From Elusimicrobiota bacterium (GTDB lineage: Bacteria > Elusimicrobiota > Elusimicrobia > UBA1565), in contig JBDREN010000083.1 in assembly GCA_043819795.1 (NCBI GenBank), forward strand, positions 1 to 64,000: a stretch of 64,000 nucleotides of DNA, read 5' to 3'. Position 1 is the stretch's first letter; each line of letters starts with the position of its first letter. Below are positions 1-8,675 of the stretch, piece by piece. The position numbers were made by a program, and so were the translations under genes. Below the pieces are notes generated by a model. It was given only the letters and a program-made list of their open reading frames with translations. It was not told the DNA's origin and made no database searches.

Positions 1-138
1 GGCGAAATCGCCTGGAGCGAGCCGAGCCAAGGCGCGACGAGGGAGCATCCCTCGACGGGATGTGACCGAGGAGCAACGCAGGCGCAGGCCGCTTCCAGGC
101 GATTGCAGGCCCCGGAAGACTTTTGCCACGGGCTGCTA
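1..138. mobile_element. MITE-like element, family A (cut by the window start)
   Basis: Its reverse complement aligns closely with 17845-18071. It ends in ACTTTTGCCACGGGCTGC-TA, a variant of the TIR of that copy. Confidence 0.8.
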
Positions 139-154
139 GCCCGGATTCAGGCGT

Positions 155-559
155 CTACTTGTGGCTGACGGCCTTCGCGCGCGTCTTGGCTTTCGCCGCG
201 ACGGTCTTCCGGCGCTTCTTGACCGTCTTCTTGGCCTCGAGCCCGTTGGTCGGCACCTGATGGGTGATGCCCTGCCAGAAGCCCTTCACCTCGTTCACGA
301 GCCGGTTGAGCTCCTTGCGGTCCACCTTCTTGAGCGACCGGTAGCGCCGGGCGACCTGGTCGATGACCCGGTGGTAGCTATCCTTGTTGATATGCTTGAG
401 CCCCTCCAGCTTCTCGAGGATCTCGCCCTTGGCCCTGAGGGCCCAGCCCTTCACGCGCTTGCGGTTCTCGGTCCCGTGCTTGCCGTAAAGGAAGTACGTG
501 CCCGCCGCGATCGCGGCCAGTCCCACTCCGGCTCCGATGGTGCTCTTCGTCTTACCCAT
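155..559 (-). CDS. Small membrane-anchored hypothetical protein (YtxH-like N-terminus, Lys/Ala-rich tail)
   Basis: GGGAGG SD precedes ATG 559. N-terminal GAGVGLAAIAAGTYFLY helix, then a charged helical region. Confidence 0.7.
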   Translation of the reverse strand: MGKTKSTIGAGVGLAAIAAGTYFLYGKHGTENRKRVKGWALRAKGEILEKLEGLKHINKDSYHRVIDQVARRYRSLKKVDRKELNRLVNEVKGFWQGITHQVPTNGLEAKKTVKKRRKTVAAKAKTRAKAVSHK

Positions 560-698
560 GGAACATCCTCCCGTGCGATCCAGTGTTAAATTGGACCTCG
601 ATGATGCCTGCCCCTTTATCATAACAAAGTTGGAGCGGTGGCGGGTATCGATCGCATACCCCCTTGAAAATTCCCGCGATTCGGGTTAGGCTAAGAGG

Positions 699-1760
699 AT
701 GCAGCCGCCGGCCGGATCACGACTCGAGAGCCTCCTCTCGGACACCGTCGTGCGCGGGGGCTCGGACCTTCACCTGCTGCACGGCTATCCGCCGATCCAA
801 CGCCTCTCGACGGAGGTCGTGCCGGTCGGCCGCACGACGCTTGAGAGCAATCGGATATGGGAGCTGATCGAGCCCTACCTCGGAGCCCAGCACAAGATCA
901 TCTTCGAGAAGCTCAACAGCGTCAACGTCTCGTTCACCGTCAACGCGGTCGGCCGGTTCAGGATGAACGTCGCCAGAGCCCAGGGGACCGTGACCGCGTC
1001 GATCCGCGTCATCCCGAGCAAGATCTACCCCCTCTCCGCTCTCGGCCTGCCCCCGATCGTCGGCTCGCTCACGCAGACCCGAAAAGGCATCATCTTCATC
1101 ACCGGGCCGACCGGGTCCGGCAAGAGCACGACGATGGCCGCCATGCTCGACCACATCAATAAGGCGGACCGGCCGGGGAAAGTGGTCACCATCGAGGACC
1201 CGATCGAGACGCTCTTCCTGCCGCAGAAGTGCTTCTTTTTGCAGCGCGAGGTGGGCGTGGACACCCCCTCTTTCGAGCTCGGCATCGAGGACGCGCTGAG
1301 GCAGGACCCCGACATCCTGTGCGTCGGAGAGCTCCGCACCACCGAGTCGATCCGCGCGGCGCTCACGGCGGCCGAGACCGGACACCTGGTGTTGACGACG
1401 CTCCACACGCCGGACGCGGCGAAGACGGCCCAGCGCGTCATCAGCATGTTCCCCGGCAACGAGCAGGAGACGATCCGGGACCAGCTCTGCAACACCCTCG
1501 AGGCCGTCATCTCGCAGGAGCTCCTGCCGCGGGCCGACAAGACGGGGCTCATCCTCGCGATCGAAGTCCTGCTGGCCACGCCGGCCGTGCGGCAGCTGAT
1601 CAAGAAGGGCGATCTCAGCCAGATCTACGACCTCCTGCAGACCGGGACGAGCCGGGGAATGGTCTCGAAGGACGCCTCCATCAAATCCCTGTTCCAGCGG
1701 CAGACGATCACGCGCGAAGTCGCCATGACCCGCATGCGCAACCCCCAGCTGCTGGCGTGA
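699..1760 (+). CDS. pilT: PilT/PilU family type IV pilus retraction ATPase
   Basis: GSDLHL, Walker A GPTGSGKST, TIEDPIE, QREVG, ALRQDPD, AAETGHLVLTTLHT, and an AIRNLIRE-like AVRQLIKK. Confidence 0.9.
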   Translation: MQPPAGSRLESLLSDTVVRGGSDLHLLHGYPPIQRLSTEVVPVGRTTLESNRIWELIEPYLGAQHKIIFEKLNSVNVSFTVNAVGRFRMNVARAQGTVTASIRVIPSKIYPLSALGLPPIVGSLTQTRKGIIFITGPTGSGKSTTMAAMLDHINKADRPGKVVTIEDPIETLFLPQKCFFLQREVGVDTPSFELGIEDALRQDPDILCVGELRTTESIRAALTAAETGHLVLTTLHTPDAAKTAQRVISMFPGNEQETIRDQLCNTLEAVISQELLPRADKTGLILAIEVLLATPAVRQLIKKGDLSQIYDLLQTGTSRGMVSKDASIKSLFQRQTITREVAMTRMRNPQLLA

Positions 1761-2854
1761 GCGTGGGAGCGAGCATCCTCCTCGCCGCGGTCCTGGGCGG
1801 CGCGTTCCTGCCGGCGCCGCGGGCCGCGGCCAAGAGCGCCGCGCGCTGCCCCGAGGCCACGCGACCGATACGGACCGTCGATCCCCTCCACCCCTGGGCC
1901 TGCGTCCTGAACGACGAGCGCTACCGCGACGGCATCGAGTGCCCCGCCGGCAGCCGCCCCATCACGACGGTCGACACATTCGAGCCCTTCAAATGCGCGG
2001 TCAACGGCGTGGAGCTCGTCGTGCCGCGGGGGATATGCCCTCCGCGGCAGCATGCGATCCCGACGGCGGATCCGACGAAGGACTACGAATGCGAGAAGGT
2101 CGGCGACAATTTCCGGTCGGGCCCGCGCTGCCCGAAGGGGACGCGCCCGGTGCCCACTCCCGACGCGCTGCGGCCGTTCCGCTGCGTCGCCGGGAAGAAG
2201 GCCGTGGACCCGGAGCCGACGGCCGAGCCGGACTTCGGAGCCCGCGGCGCCAAACGCGACCCGAAGGGCCGCCCGGCGCGCCGCGAGCGAGCCCCCCTCC
2301 CGACGGGACCGACGCGGCCGAAGGCGGGCCGCTGTCCGGAAGGCGCCAAGAAGGTGCTCACCGAGAACCCGTTCGCCCCGGTCCAATGCCTCCCGAAGAC
2401 CTCGAAGAGGCCTCAGCGGATGCGATTCGAGAAATACCGGACCGCCCACGAGATCGCCTTCCAGTATCCGAAGGACTGGCACCTGACCGACGCCTGGCGC
2501 GACGAGGAGCCGTCGATCTACATCCTGCTGGGCAGCCAGCAGGACGGCCGGCCCGTCAGCCTCTCGATCACCCGCCATCGCCGGGGCGACGCGGGTTTCT
2601 TGACGCTGGAGTCGAGGATCTGGCGGGAGCAGGACTGGCACGGATCGAAGGAGACGGGCCGGGCGGAGATCGCCGGCCTGCCGGCCGTCCGCCTCGCCGT
2701 GGAGCGGGAATCCGAGATGGCGTTCGTCGAGACCTCGGACGGGTACTACGTGCTCGCCTACAGCGCTCCGGCGGAGCTCTTCGATCGTTACGCCCCGGCC
2801 TACCACCGCCTGCTTAAGACATTCCGCACGCTCAACGGAGGAACAAAGAAATGA
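1757..2854 (+). CDS. Exported protein with five CP-x16-C repeats and a C-terminal PsbP-like domain
   Basis: GTG start overlaps the pilT stop (GTGA). Signal-like ILLAAVLGGAFL. IAFQYPKDW and YYVLAYSAP...YAPAYHRLLKTF resemble PsbP/Mog1 folds. Confidence 0.7.
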   Translation: MSVGASILLAAVLGGAFLPAPRAAAKSAARCPEATRPIRTVDPLHPWACVLNDERYRDGIECPAGSRPITTVDTFEPFKCAVNGVELVVPRGICPPRQHAIPTADPTKDYECEKVGDNFRSGPRCPKGTRPVPTPDALRPFRCVAGKKAVDPEPTAEPDFGARGAKRDPKGRPARRERAPLPTGPTRPKAGRCPEGAKKVLTENPFAPVQCLPKTSKRPQRMRFEKYRTAHEIAFQYPKDWHLTDAWRDEEPSIYILLGSQQDGRPVSLSITRHRRGDAGFLTLESRIWREQDWHGSKETGRAEIAGLPAVRLAVERESEMAFVETSDGYYVLAYSAPAELFDRYAPAYHRLLKTFRTLNGGTKK

Positions 2855-3618
2855 TCCAAACGCACGATGAGGCGGGCGTCCGTCGCCTGGAGATGGAGCG
2901 CCCCCCCTCGAACGCGCTCTCGGAGGACCTCTTGCGCGGCCTGATCGAAGAGGTCCGAAAAGCGCAAGCCGACTCCTCGGTCCGCTGCCTGGTGCTCGGA
3001 TCCGCCTTGCCCAAGTACTTCTCTTCGGGCCTGGACCTCGATGAGTTGCTGGGTCTTCCGCCCGAGCGGCGATCGGAGCTTTTCCGCTCCCTCGTGCGCG
3101 CGCACCGGGAGCTCGCCGCCTTCCCCAGGCCCACCATCGCGGTCATCGGGGGAGCGGCCCTGGCCGGCGGCTGGATACTGGCGATGGCCTGCGACTTCCG
3201 CTGGATGTCGCGAGAGACGGGCCGCGTCGCCCTGGGCGAGGTGCGCCTCGGACTTTCGCCGACCACGGCGGTGATACGGCGCCTGTGCGCCATCGCCAAA
3301 GACCAGACGCTGGCGAAGGACCTCGTCCTGCACGGCCGGACGCTCAAGGCCGAACCGGCGCTCTCAGGAGGCTTCGTCGACCGTCTGGCGGCGGCGGGAG
3401 AGCTCCGCGAGGAGGCGCTCCGCGAGGCCCGGAACCTGGCGAAGCTCCCTCCCAAGGCGTACGGGGCGATCAAACGCGGACTGAACGCGGCCTCCGGCCT
3501 GGACGCCGACGCGCCTTGGGAGAGCACCCTCGCGGAGTTCGAGGAGCTCTTCGCCGGGGCCGAGGCCCAAGAGGGGCTGGCGGCGATGAAGGAGAAGCGC
3601 AAGCCCCGATGGGAGTAG
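2851..3618 (+). CDS. Enoyl-CoA hydratase/isomerase family protein
   Basis: NALS, FSSGLDL, PTIAVIGGAALAGG, ACDFR, EVRLGL, EKRKPRW. Confidence 0.9.
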   Translation: MIQTHDEAGVRRLEMERPPSNALSEDLLRGLIEEVRKAQADSSVRCLVLGSALPKYFSSGLDLDELLGLPPERRSELFRSLVRAHRELAAFPRPTIAVIGGAALAGGWILAMACDFRWMSRETGRVALGEVRLGLSPTTAVIRRLCAIAKDQTLAKDLVLHGRTLKAEPALSGGFVDRLAAAGELREEALREARNLAKLPPKAYGAIKRGLNAASGLDADAPWESTLAEFEELFAGAEAQEGLAAMKEKRKPRWE

Positions 3619-3634
3619 TCCTCGAAATGATATA

Positions 3635-4267
3635 GTGCCCGCGATGGATTTCAAACGGAAACTGAAGCGCTACCTGCTGACCGGCTTTCTGATCGTGGCG
3701 CCGATCAGCATCACGCTCTTTCTGCTGTGGTGGTTCGTCACGGCGGTGGACCACCTGCTCGCGCCCGTATTCTATACGACCCTCGGCCGCCATGTCCCGG
3801 GCCTGGGGATCATCGCCGCGCTCGGGCTGCTGATCGGCGCGGGATGGTTGAGCTCGAACATCATGGGCAAGCAGATCCTCGACATGATCGAGGACCTGCT
3901 CCTCCACATCCCCGTATTCAACTGGCTCTACCGGACCGTGAAGCAGCTTACCGAGGTATTCTCCCCCTCCGGGAAGGCCCAGTTCAAGAGCGTGGTGATG
4001 GTGGAGTACCCCCGCCCGGGGGTCTATCAGCTGGGCTTCGTCACCAACAAGGTGCGCTTCGAACGCGAGGGAGCCGAAGCCCGGGACCTCTTCTGCGTCT
4101 ACATCGCGACGAACCACCTCTATATCGGCGACATCATCCTCGTGCCGGAAGACAAGGTCATCCACACGACGATGACCCTCCAGGACGGCATCCGATCCTC
4201 CCTGTCGGCGGGGGCCGCCGTTCCCGATACGATCATCGGTGAAAGACACCGGGGCCCCTCCGCCTAG
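3635..4267 (+). CDS. DUF502 family membrane protein (start may be ATG 3644)
   Basis: LLTGFLIVAPISIT, IPVFNWLYRTVKQL, VVMVEYPRPGVYQLGFVT. Confidence 0.85.
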   Translation: MPAMDFKRKLKRYLLTGFLIVAPISITLFLLWWFVTAVDHLLAPVFYTTLGRHVPGLGIIAALGLLIGAGWLSSNIMGKQILDMIEDLLLHIPVFNWLYRTVKQLTEVFSPSGKAQFKSVVMVEYPRPGVYQLGFVTNKVRFEREGAEARDLFCVYIATNHLYIGDIILVPEDKVIHTTMTLQDGIRSSLSAGAAVPDTIIGERHRGPSA

Positions 4268-4279
4268 CGGAAGGGCCCC
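4251..4279. terminator. Hairpin between convergent genes, possible terminator
   Basis: GGGGCCCCTCCGC-CTA-GCGGAAGGGCCCC stem with one mismatch. No U-tract. Confidence 0.4.
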
Positions 4280-4309
4280 ATGTCTCGACGATCCGTCCCG
4301 ATGTAAGAC

Positions 4310-4585
4310 TTACGCCTCGACCGTCTCCTTCTCGCTGCCGTTGCGGACGAAGACGTCGCGCCCCGCCTTCAGGGCGCTCACGACCTTTTCCTTATGCTCG
4401 GGGAACCGATTCCGAAAGTCCGTGACGACCTTAGAGCTCTGCTCCCGCTTCTCCTTCAGCCAGTCCAGGATGATCTCGCGCGTCTCGTTGCCCGTCTTCG
4501 GGGCGAAAAGCAGGCCGACGACAACGCCGACGCTCGCGCCGAACAACAGATAGATGAATCCCTTGACGGTCCCGTTCTCAGTCAT
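4310..4585 (-). CDS. YtxH domain protein
   Basis: LLFGASVGVVVGLLFAPKTGNETRE motif. GGGAGG SD before ATG 4585. Confidence 0.85.
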   Translation of the reverse strand: MTENGTVKGFIYLLFGASVGVVVGLLFAPKTGNETREIILDWLKEKREQSSKVVTDFRNRFPEHKEKVVSALKAGRDVFVRNGSEKETVEA

Positions 4586-4691
4586 GCAATCCTCCCTGCG
4601 GCCTCTAAGCCCGGACAAGAACGCCGTCCGGACGTTATTAATCTTATATCAAGGACGAGGGCGGACTGTCAACCCGACGGACCTCCTCCGG

Positions 4692-4856
4692 TTAGGGCTC
4701 GTTACGAGATAAACGGATGAATTTTGGGCGTCGAGGCGCCCGGCTGGCAAGGAGCGAGGAGCGAGCATTCCCGTCGGTATGCGAGCGACGAGCGACGCAG
4801 CCAGACGGGATGCATCGGCGTCCAAAAACGTTCGCTTATTTCGCAACGAGCCCTTA
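4692..4856. mobile_element. MITE-like element, family B
   Basis: TIRs GGGCTCGTTACGAGATAA / TTATTTCGCAACGAGCCC (2 mismatches), flanked by TTA on both sides. Non-coding. Confidence 0.8.
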
Positions 4857-4871
4857 GAGCGGGATTTCGGC

Positions 4872-6011
4872 CTATCTCGCGAGCGCCTGCCAGCCGGTGC
4901 CCGGCGGCGGCCGCACCCTCAGGCCTCGCCCCGCGGCCGGCAAGCCCGCGGGCAGAGGCCGGTGCCGGCCGAGCTGCGCCGTGAAGATCCCCTCGCGGGC
5001 CTTGACGTACACGGACTCGCTCCAGAGCTCAGGGGCGGACGTCTCCGAACCGGCCAAGGCGAAGCTAAGCAGGTAAGTGCCGCTCTTGGGCTTGCCGTCG
5101 GCGTCCAGGAGCATCCCCCGGAATCTCCGCGTGCGCCCTTCGGGATCGCCGCCAAGGACGTGCTCGACGACGCCCGGCGCGAAGCGCACCGTCATCTCGC
5201 CGTCCTCCCAGGAGGCCGAATACCGGACGGGCTCAACCAGGTCGAAGACCACCCGCGTGATCGGCACGGGCTCCGACTCGAACTGGCCCGAGCGGACCCC
5301 CTTCAGGAAATCCCCGTCTCCCGGACGGGAGCGGTCGAGCGCCGCGTGCTCCGTCTTCATGAGGTCCACCACGAGGCGGGGCGGATCCTTCGCGACGAAG
5401 GCGCTGTACGGGACCGGCCGGTCCAGCTTGAGCCGCACCTGGTCGGCGCCGACCTCGACGCCGCGCAGCGAGGCGACCCTCGCGGGCACGGGCGGCAGGG
5501 GCGAGAGGATCCCGAGGGCCCGTCTAGCCGGGGAGCTCTCCGAAGCCGGGCCCGACAGCGGCCCCAGAGCGTCCTTCAGGTCGCCGGGGACGTCGGGCAC
5601 GAGGCGCAGCGACATCTCGGACCCGAGCCAATAAGTCCAATAGCGCGCCTCGGCGCTCAGGTCGAGTACGATCCGCGTCACCGGCACGGGATCGGTCTCG
5701 AACTGACCGCTGCGGACGGCGCGGAACGGCGCGCCCCGCCCTTCCCACAAGCGCGGCGCCGCGTCGTGGACGGTATCGAAGAGGTCGACCACAAGGCGCG
5801 GCGGGTCGTGGAGGAGGAAGGTCGCGTGCCGCGCGGGGTTGTCCAGCGAGATCTGAATCCCGTCCGAGAAGACCTGCACGCCCTGGAGGACGCTTTCCGC
5901 CAGCGCCTGCCGGGGCGGCAGCGCGGACGCGACGACGAACGCGGCCAGCAGAGCCCCGGCGGCCGTGCGGGTGCCGCACCGGCAGACGTCTAGGTTTTTC
6001 GGTTTCATCAT
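4872..6011 (-). CDS. Exported protein with two AMIN domains and a C-terminal beta-sandwich-like domain
   Basis: Signal peptide. Two copies of DPPRLVVDL...VRSGQFE..PVP.TR.V.DL. Confidence 0.85.
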   Translation of the reverse strand: MMKPKNLDVCRCGTRTAAGALLAAFVVASALPPRQALAESVLQGVQVFSDGIQISLDNPARHATFLLHDPPRLVVDLFDTVHDAAPRLWEGRGAPFRAVRSGQFETDPVPVTRIVLDLSAEARYWTYWLGSEMSLRLVPDVPGDLKDALGPLSGPASESSPARRALGILSPLPPVPARVASLRGVEVGADQVRLKLDRPVPYSAFVAKDPPRLVVDLMKTEHAALDRSRPGDGDFLKGVRSGQFESEPVPITRVVFDLVEPVRYSASWEDGEMTVRFAPGVVEHVLGGDPEGRTRRFRGMLLDADGKPKSGTYLLSFALAGSETSAPELWSESVYVKAREGIFTAQLGRHRPLPAGLPAAGRGLRVRPPPGTGWQALAR

Positions 6012-7676
6012 TTAGAACATTACCCTCAGGTTGAAGGATGTACGGTCGTCTTTGTAGTTGAACTGGCCGCTGAAGCGCGAATGGCGCTGCCGCCGGCCGT
6101 AGGCGATCCCGGTGGACAGCCAGCGCCGGACCGCGTAGTCGGCGCTCAGGGTCCCGCCGTAGAGATCGTCGCGCCGGTTGGCCGACTCCCCGGACACGGT
6201 GGACGACTCCGGGTAGCGGTCGGTCTGGAGGCTCCCGTCGATGGACACCTTCAGCTTGTGGTACGTATGGCTGGCGCCCAGGCTGGCCCCCGTCGCGACG
6301 TAATAACGGTTGCTGGAGAAGGTCGCCTCGTTGATCCTGCGGAACGCGCCGATCCGCACATTGGTGCGGCTTCCCGGGGCGTAGACCAGCTGGACGGAGG
6401 TCAGCAGATTCCGAACGTCCCTGTCGCCGCCGGCGGGGGCGTAGTCGTAGCGGCGCAGCTGCGCGTCGGCCTGGACTCGCCCCGAGAGCTTCGCCGTCAG
6501 GCGCCCGTCCACCCCCAGCCCGAAGCGGTGGGACTTCGAATGCTTCCGCGCTCCCGCGGAGTAGTGGATGATCTGGCGGCCGTAGGCGGCGAACAGGCGC
6601 GTCTTCGGCTGCAGCCGTATGCCCGCCTCGCCTTCTATCGAAAGCTCGAAGCGGTTGAGGTTAGAGGAAAGAGACGGGTCGAGGTACTTGTGCAGCACGT
6701 GCAGCCCGGAAAGCTTGTAGACGAAGCGCCGGCTGCGGGCGTGATCGACGCTCACGCCGAGATCGGCCTTCGTGCGCCGCTTCCGGGCGACGAGCTCGCT
6801 GAAGGCCGGGTCCTCCGTGTTGAGATAGGTCTCCCACGCGCGCATCGAGACGCCCCTGCGCCCCTTGTGGGCGAAAGCCACCTTGATGAGCTGATCCACG
6901 GAGTTGTTGGCCTTCGGCTGCCGGGAGTACGTGGTCAGCTTCGAGTCGTAGACCACGTCCAGGCGGTTGCGCCGGTTGAACGGGACGGCGAAGTCCGCTC
7001 CCAGGTTGTTCTGGGTGATCCAGGAGCTCCTCACTCCTCCGCCGGTGCGAGCCCCGTTCGCCCTGTCGGGCGGGACGAGATAGATGTTCGAGTCGTATGT
7101 CTGCCTCAGGCCGTAGTACGGATGCACCTCGATGACCAGGCGCAGCTCCGGCTTCTTGAAGCGCGCCATCTTGTCGAAGGCCCTGGCCAGCCCGGCGAGC
7201 GGGTCCCAGGCGGCGGGTGGAGCGGGCTCCTCGGGGAGCGGGGGCCTGAGGGGAGCGGGCAGCTCTCCGGCCTTGGGCCCGGTCAGAGGCACGAACTGCC
7301 CGGCTCCGACACCGACGGCGGCCGCGCCGCGGGGGGTGACCTCGACCTCCCCGGCGTGGACGAGCATATGCCCCTCCCCTTCCGCGATCAGGAACGTGAA
7401 CGAGTCGCCCTTGTCCGCGCGGACCAGCGTCTCCTCCACCAGCAGCAGAGCGTCACCCTCGACGATGGACGCGCGCGCGCCGGAAGGCAGAGAATAGCCG
7501 GAAGAACCGGGAGCGAGGCGGACCGGCCGCTTGTCCACCTCCAGGAGCAGCTTGTCCGAAAAACCGATGACCTGCAGCTTCAGGTCCGCCTTCGTTTGAG
7601 CCAAGCAGGTGTTCGCCGCGATGAGAAGGCCGGCAGCCGCTATACAAGCGCGGATACTCCGGTCCCAGTCAATCAT
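6012..7676 (-). CDS. Outer-membrane beta-barrel protein (BBP2/DUF2320-like) with a FecR-like N-terminal region
   Basis: Signal peptide from ATG 7676. YDSNIY motif, alternating beta-strands and terminal Phe (FNLRVMF). Confidence 0.75.
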   Translation of the reverse strand: MIDWDRSIRACIAAAGLLIAANTCLAQTKADLKLQVIGFSDKLLLEVDKRPVRLAPGSSGYSLPSGARASIVEGDALLLVEETLVRADKGDSFTFLIAEGEGHMLVHAGEVEVTPRGAAAVGVGAGQFVPLTGPKAGELPAPLRPPLPEEPAPPAAWDPLAGLARAFDKMARFKKPELRLVIEVHPYYGLRQTYDSNIYLVPPDRANGARTGGGVRSSWITQNNLGADFAVPFNRRNRLDVVYDSKLTTYSRQPKANNSVDQLIKVAFAHKGRRGVSMRAWETYLNTEDPAFSELVARKRRTKADLGVSVDHARSRRFVYKLSGLHVLHKYLDPSLSSNLNRFELSIEGEAGIRLQPKTRLFAAYGRQIIHYSAGARKHSKSHRFGLGVDGRLTAKLSGRVQADAQLRRYDYAPAGGDRDVRNLLTSVQLVYAPGSRTNVRIGAFRRINEATFSSNRYYVATGASLGASHTYHKLKVSIDGSLQTDRYPESSTVSGESANRRDDLYGGTLSADYAVRRWLSTGIAYGRRQRHSRFSGQFNYKDDRTSFNLRVMF

Positions 7677-7786
7677 CCTGGACGATGGGCGCGCCGCATC
7701 CGATAGCGATTCCTCCTTACGACGACAATCCGGCAAGAAAAACGCCGCGGCGCCCCCCGCGGGGGGGTTTGTCGCGGCGTCAATGG

Positions 7787-7813
7787 TCCTAAAGTCCTTA
7801 TAGGACTTTTGGG
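7787..7813. promoter_or_regulatory. Palindromic putative operator AAAGTCCT-tat-AGGACTTT
   Basis: Perfect 8-bp inverted repeat (7791-7809) in an AT-rich gap upstream of the beta-barrel gene. Confidence 0.55.
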
Positions 7814-7901
7814 AACATCGAAGGATAACCGAAATTACGCGATTTGTCAAGACTCTACACGCTCTTTTCGCAAAGTAGCCTTACTGTGGCGGAGCCTGCC
7901 C

Positions 7902-8675
7902 TCACCTCTTGACCACCGGCACCAGCAGCTTCTGGCCCGGCGTCAGCTCCCCTCCGCGCTGGATCCTGTCGTGATTGGCCTGATACAGCTCGATCCAGCG
8001 CTCGGCGCTCCCGTAAAGCTTGGTCGCGATGCTGCGCAGCGTGTCTCCCCGCCGGACCACGTAGATCCGCGCCCGCGACTCCTCGGAGGGAAGGCCCCCG
8101 TCGCGGAGCGTGGCCTCGATGACGTCGAGGCGCTTGCGCGACTCCTCGGCCTCGCGCTTGGCGCGGCGCGCCTCCGCCTGGGCCTCTTCGACCTCCCTCT
8201 TGAGTTTGTCGAGCTCCTCGGACGACGGAGCGGGGACCTCGACAGAATCCCCCGCCTGCCCCGGATCCGGCGCGGCGGCCGCCGGCGCCTCGACCTGGAT
8301 CACCTCCGGGGGACGCGAAGCCTTGGCCGCCCAGCCTGTTCCCGGCGGGGCCTCCACCGTCAAGCGGTAAGCCGCCGAGAGCGCCTCTTCGGGGATCGCG
8401 GAATCCTCTCCCAGGGTCGCGATGAAACGCCCCTTCTCGGCCAGAACGTAGCGGGACTCTCTCCAGACCTCCTTGCCACCGGCGAATTCGTTCCAAAGGC
8501 GGAAGTGCAGCAGGAAGGTCCCGTTCTGCGGTTGGCCTCCGGAATCGGTGAGCTCCCCGGAATATCGCAGGGTCGTCCTGCCCGCGGATGCCGGCAGACA
8601 CAGGATCATGACCGCCAGGGCCGCCAAAGCGCACGGACGAACGCCGGATGTGGATGTGTCGCGCGTCGTTCTCAT
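7902..8675 (-). CDS. Exported LysM peptidoglycan-binding protein
   Basis: ATG 8675 overlaps the upstream stop (ATGA). Signal peptide, coiled coil, and C-terminal YVVRRGDTLRSIA...LYQAN...LTPGQKLLVP. Confidence 0.9.
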   Translation of the reverse strand: MRTTRDTSTSGVRPCALAALAVMILCLPASAGRTTLRYSGELTDSGGQPQNGTFLLHFRLWNEFAGGKEVWRESRYVLAEKGRFIATLGEDSAIPEEALSAAYRLTVEAPPGTGWAAKASRPPEVIQVEAPAAAAPDPGQAGDSVEVPAPSSEELDKLKREVEEAQAEARRAKREAEESRKRLDVIEATLRDGGLPSEESRARIYVVRRGDTLRSIATKLYGSAERWIELYQANHDRIQRGGELTPGQKLLVPVVKR

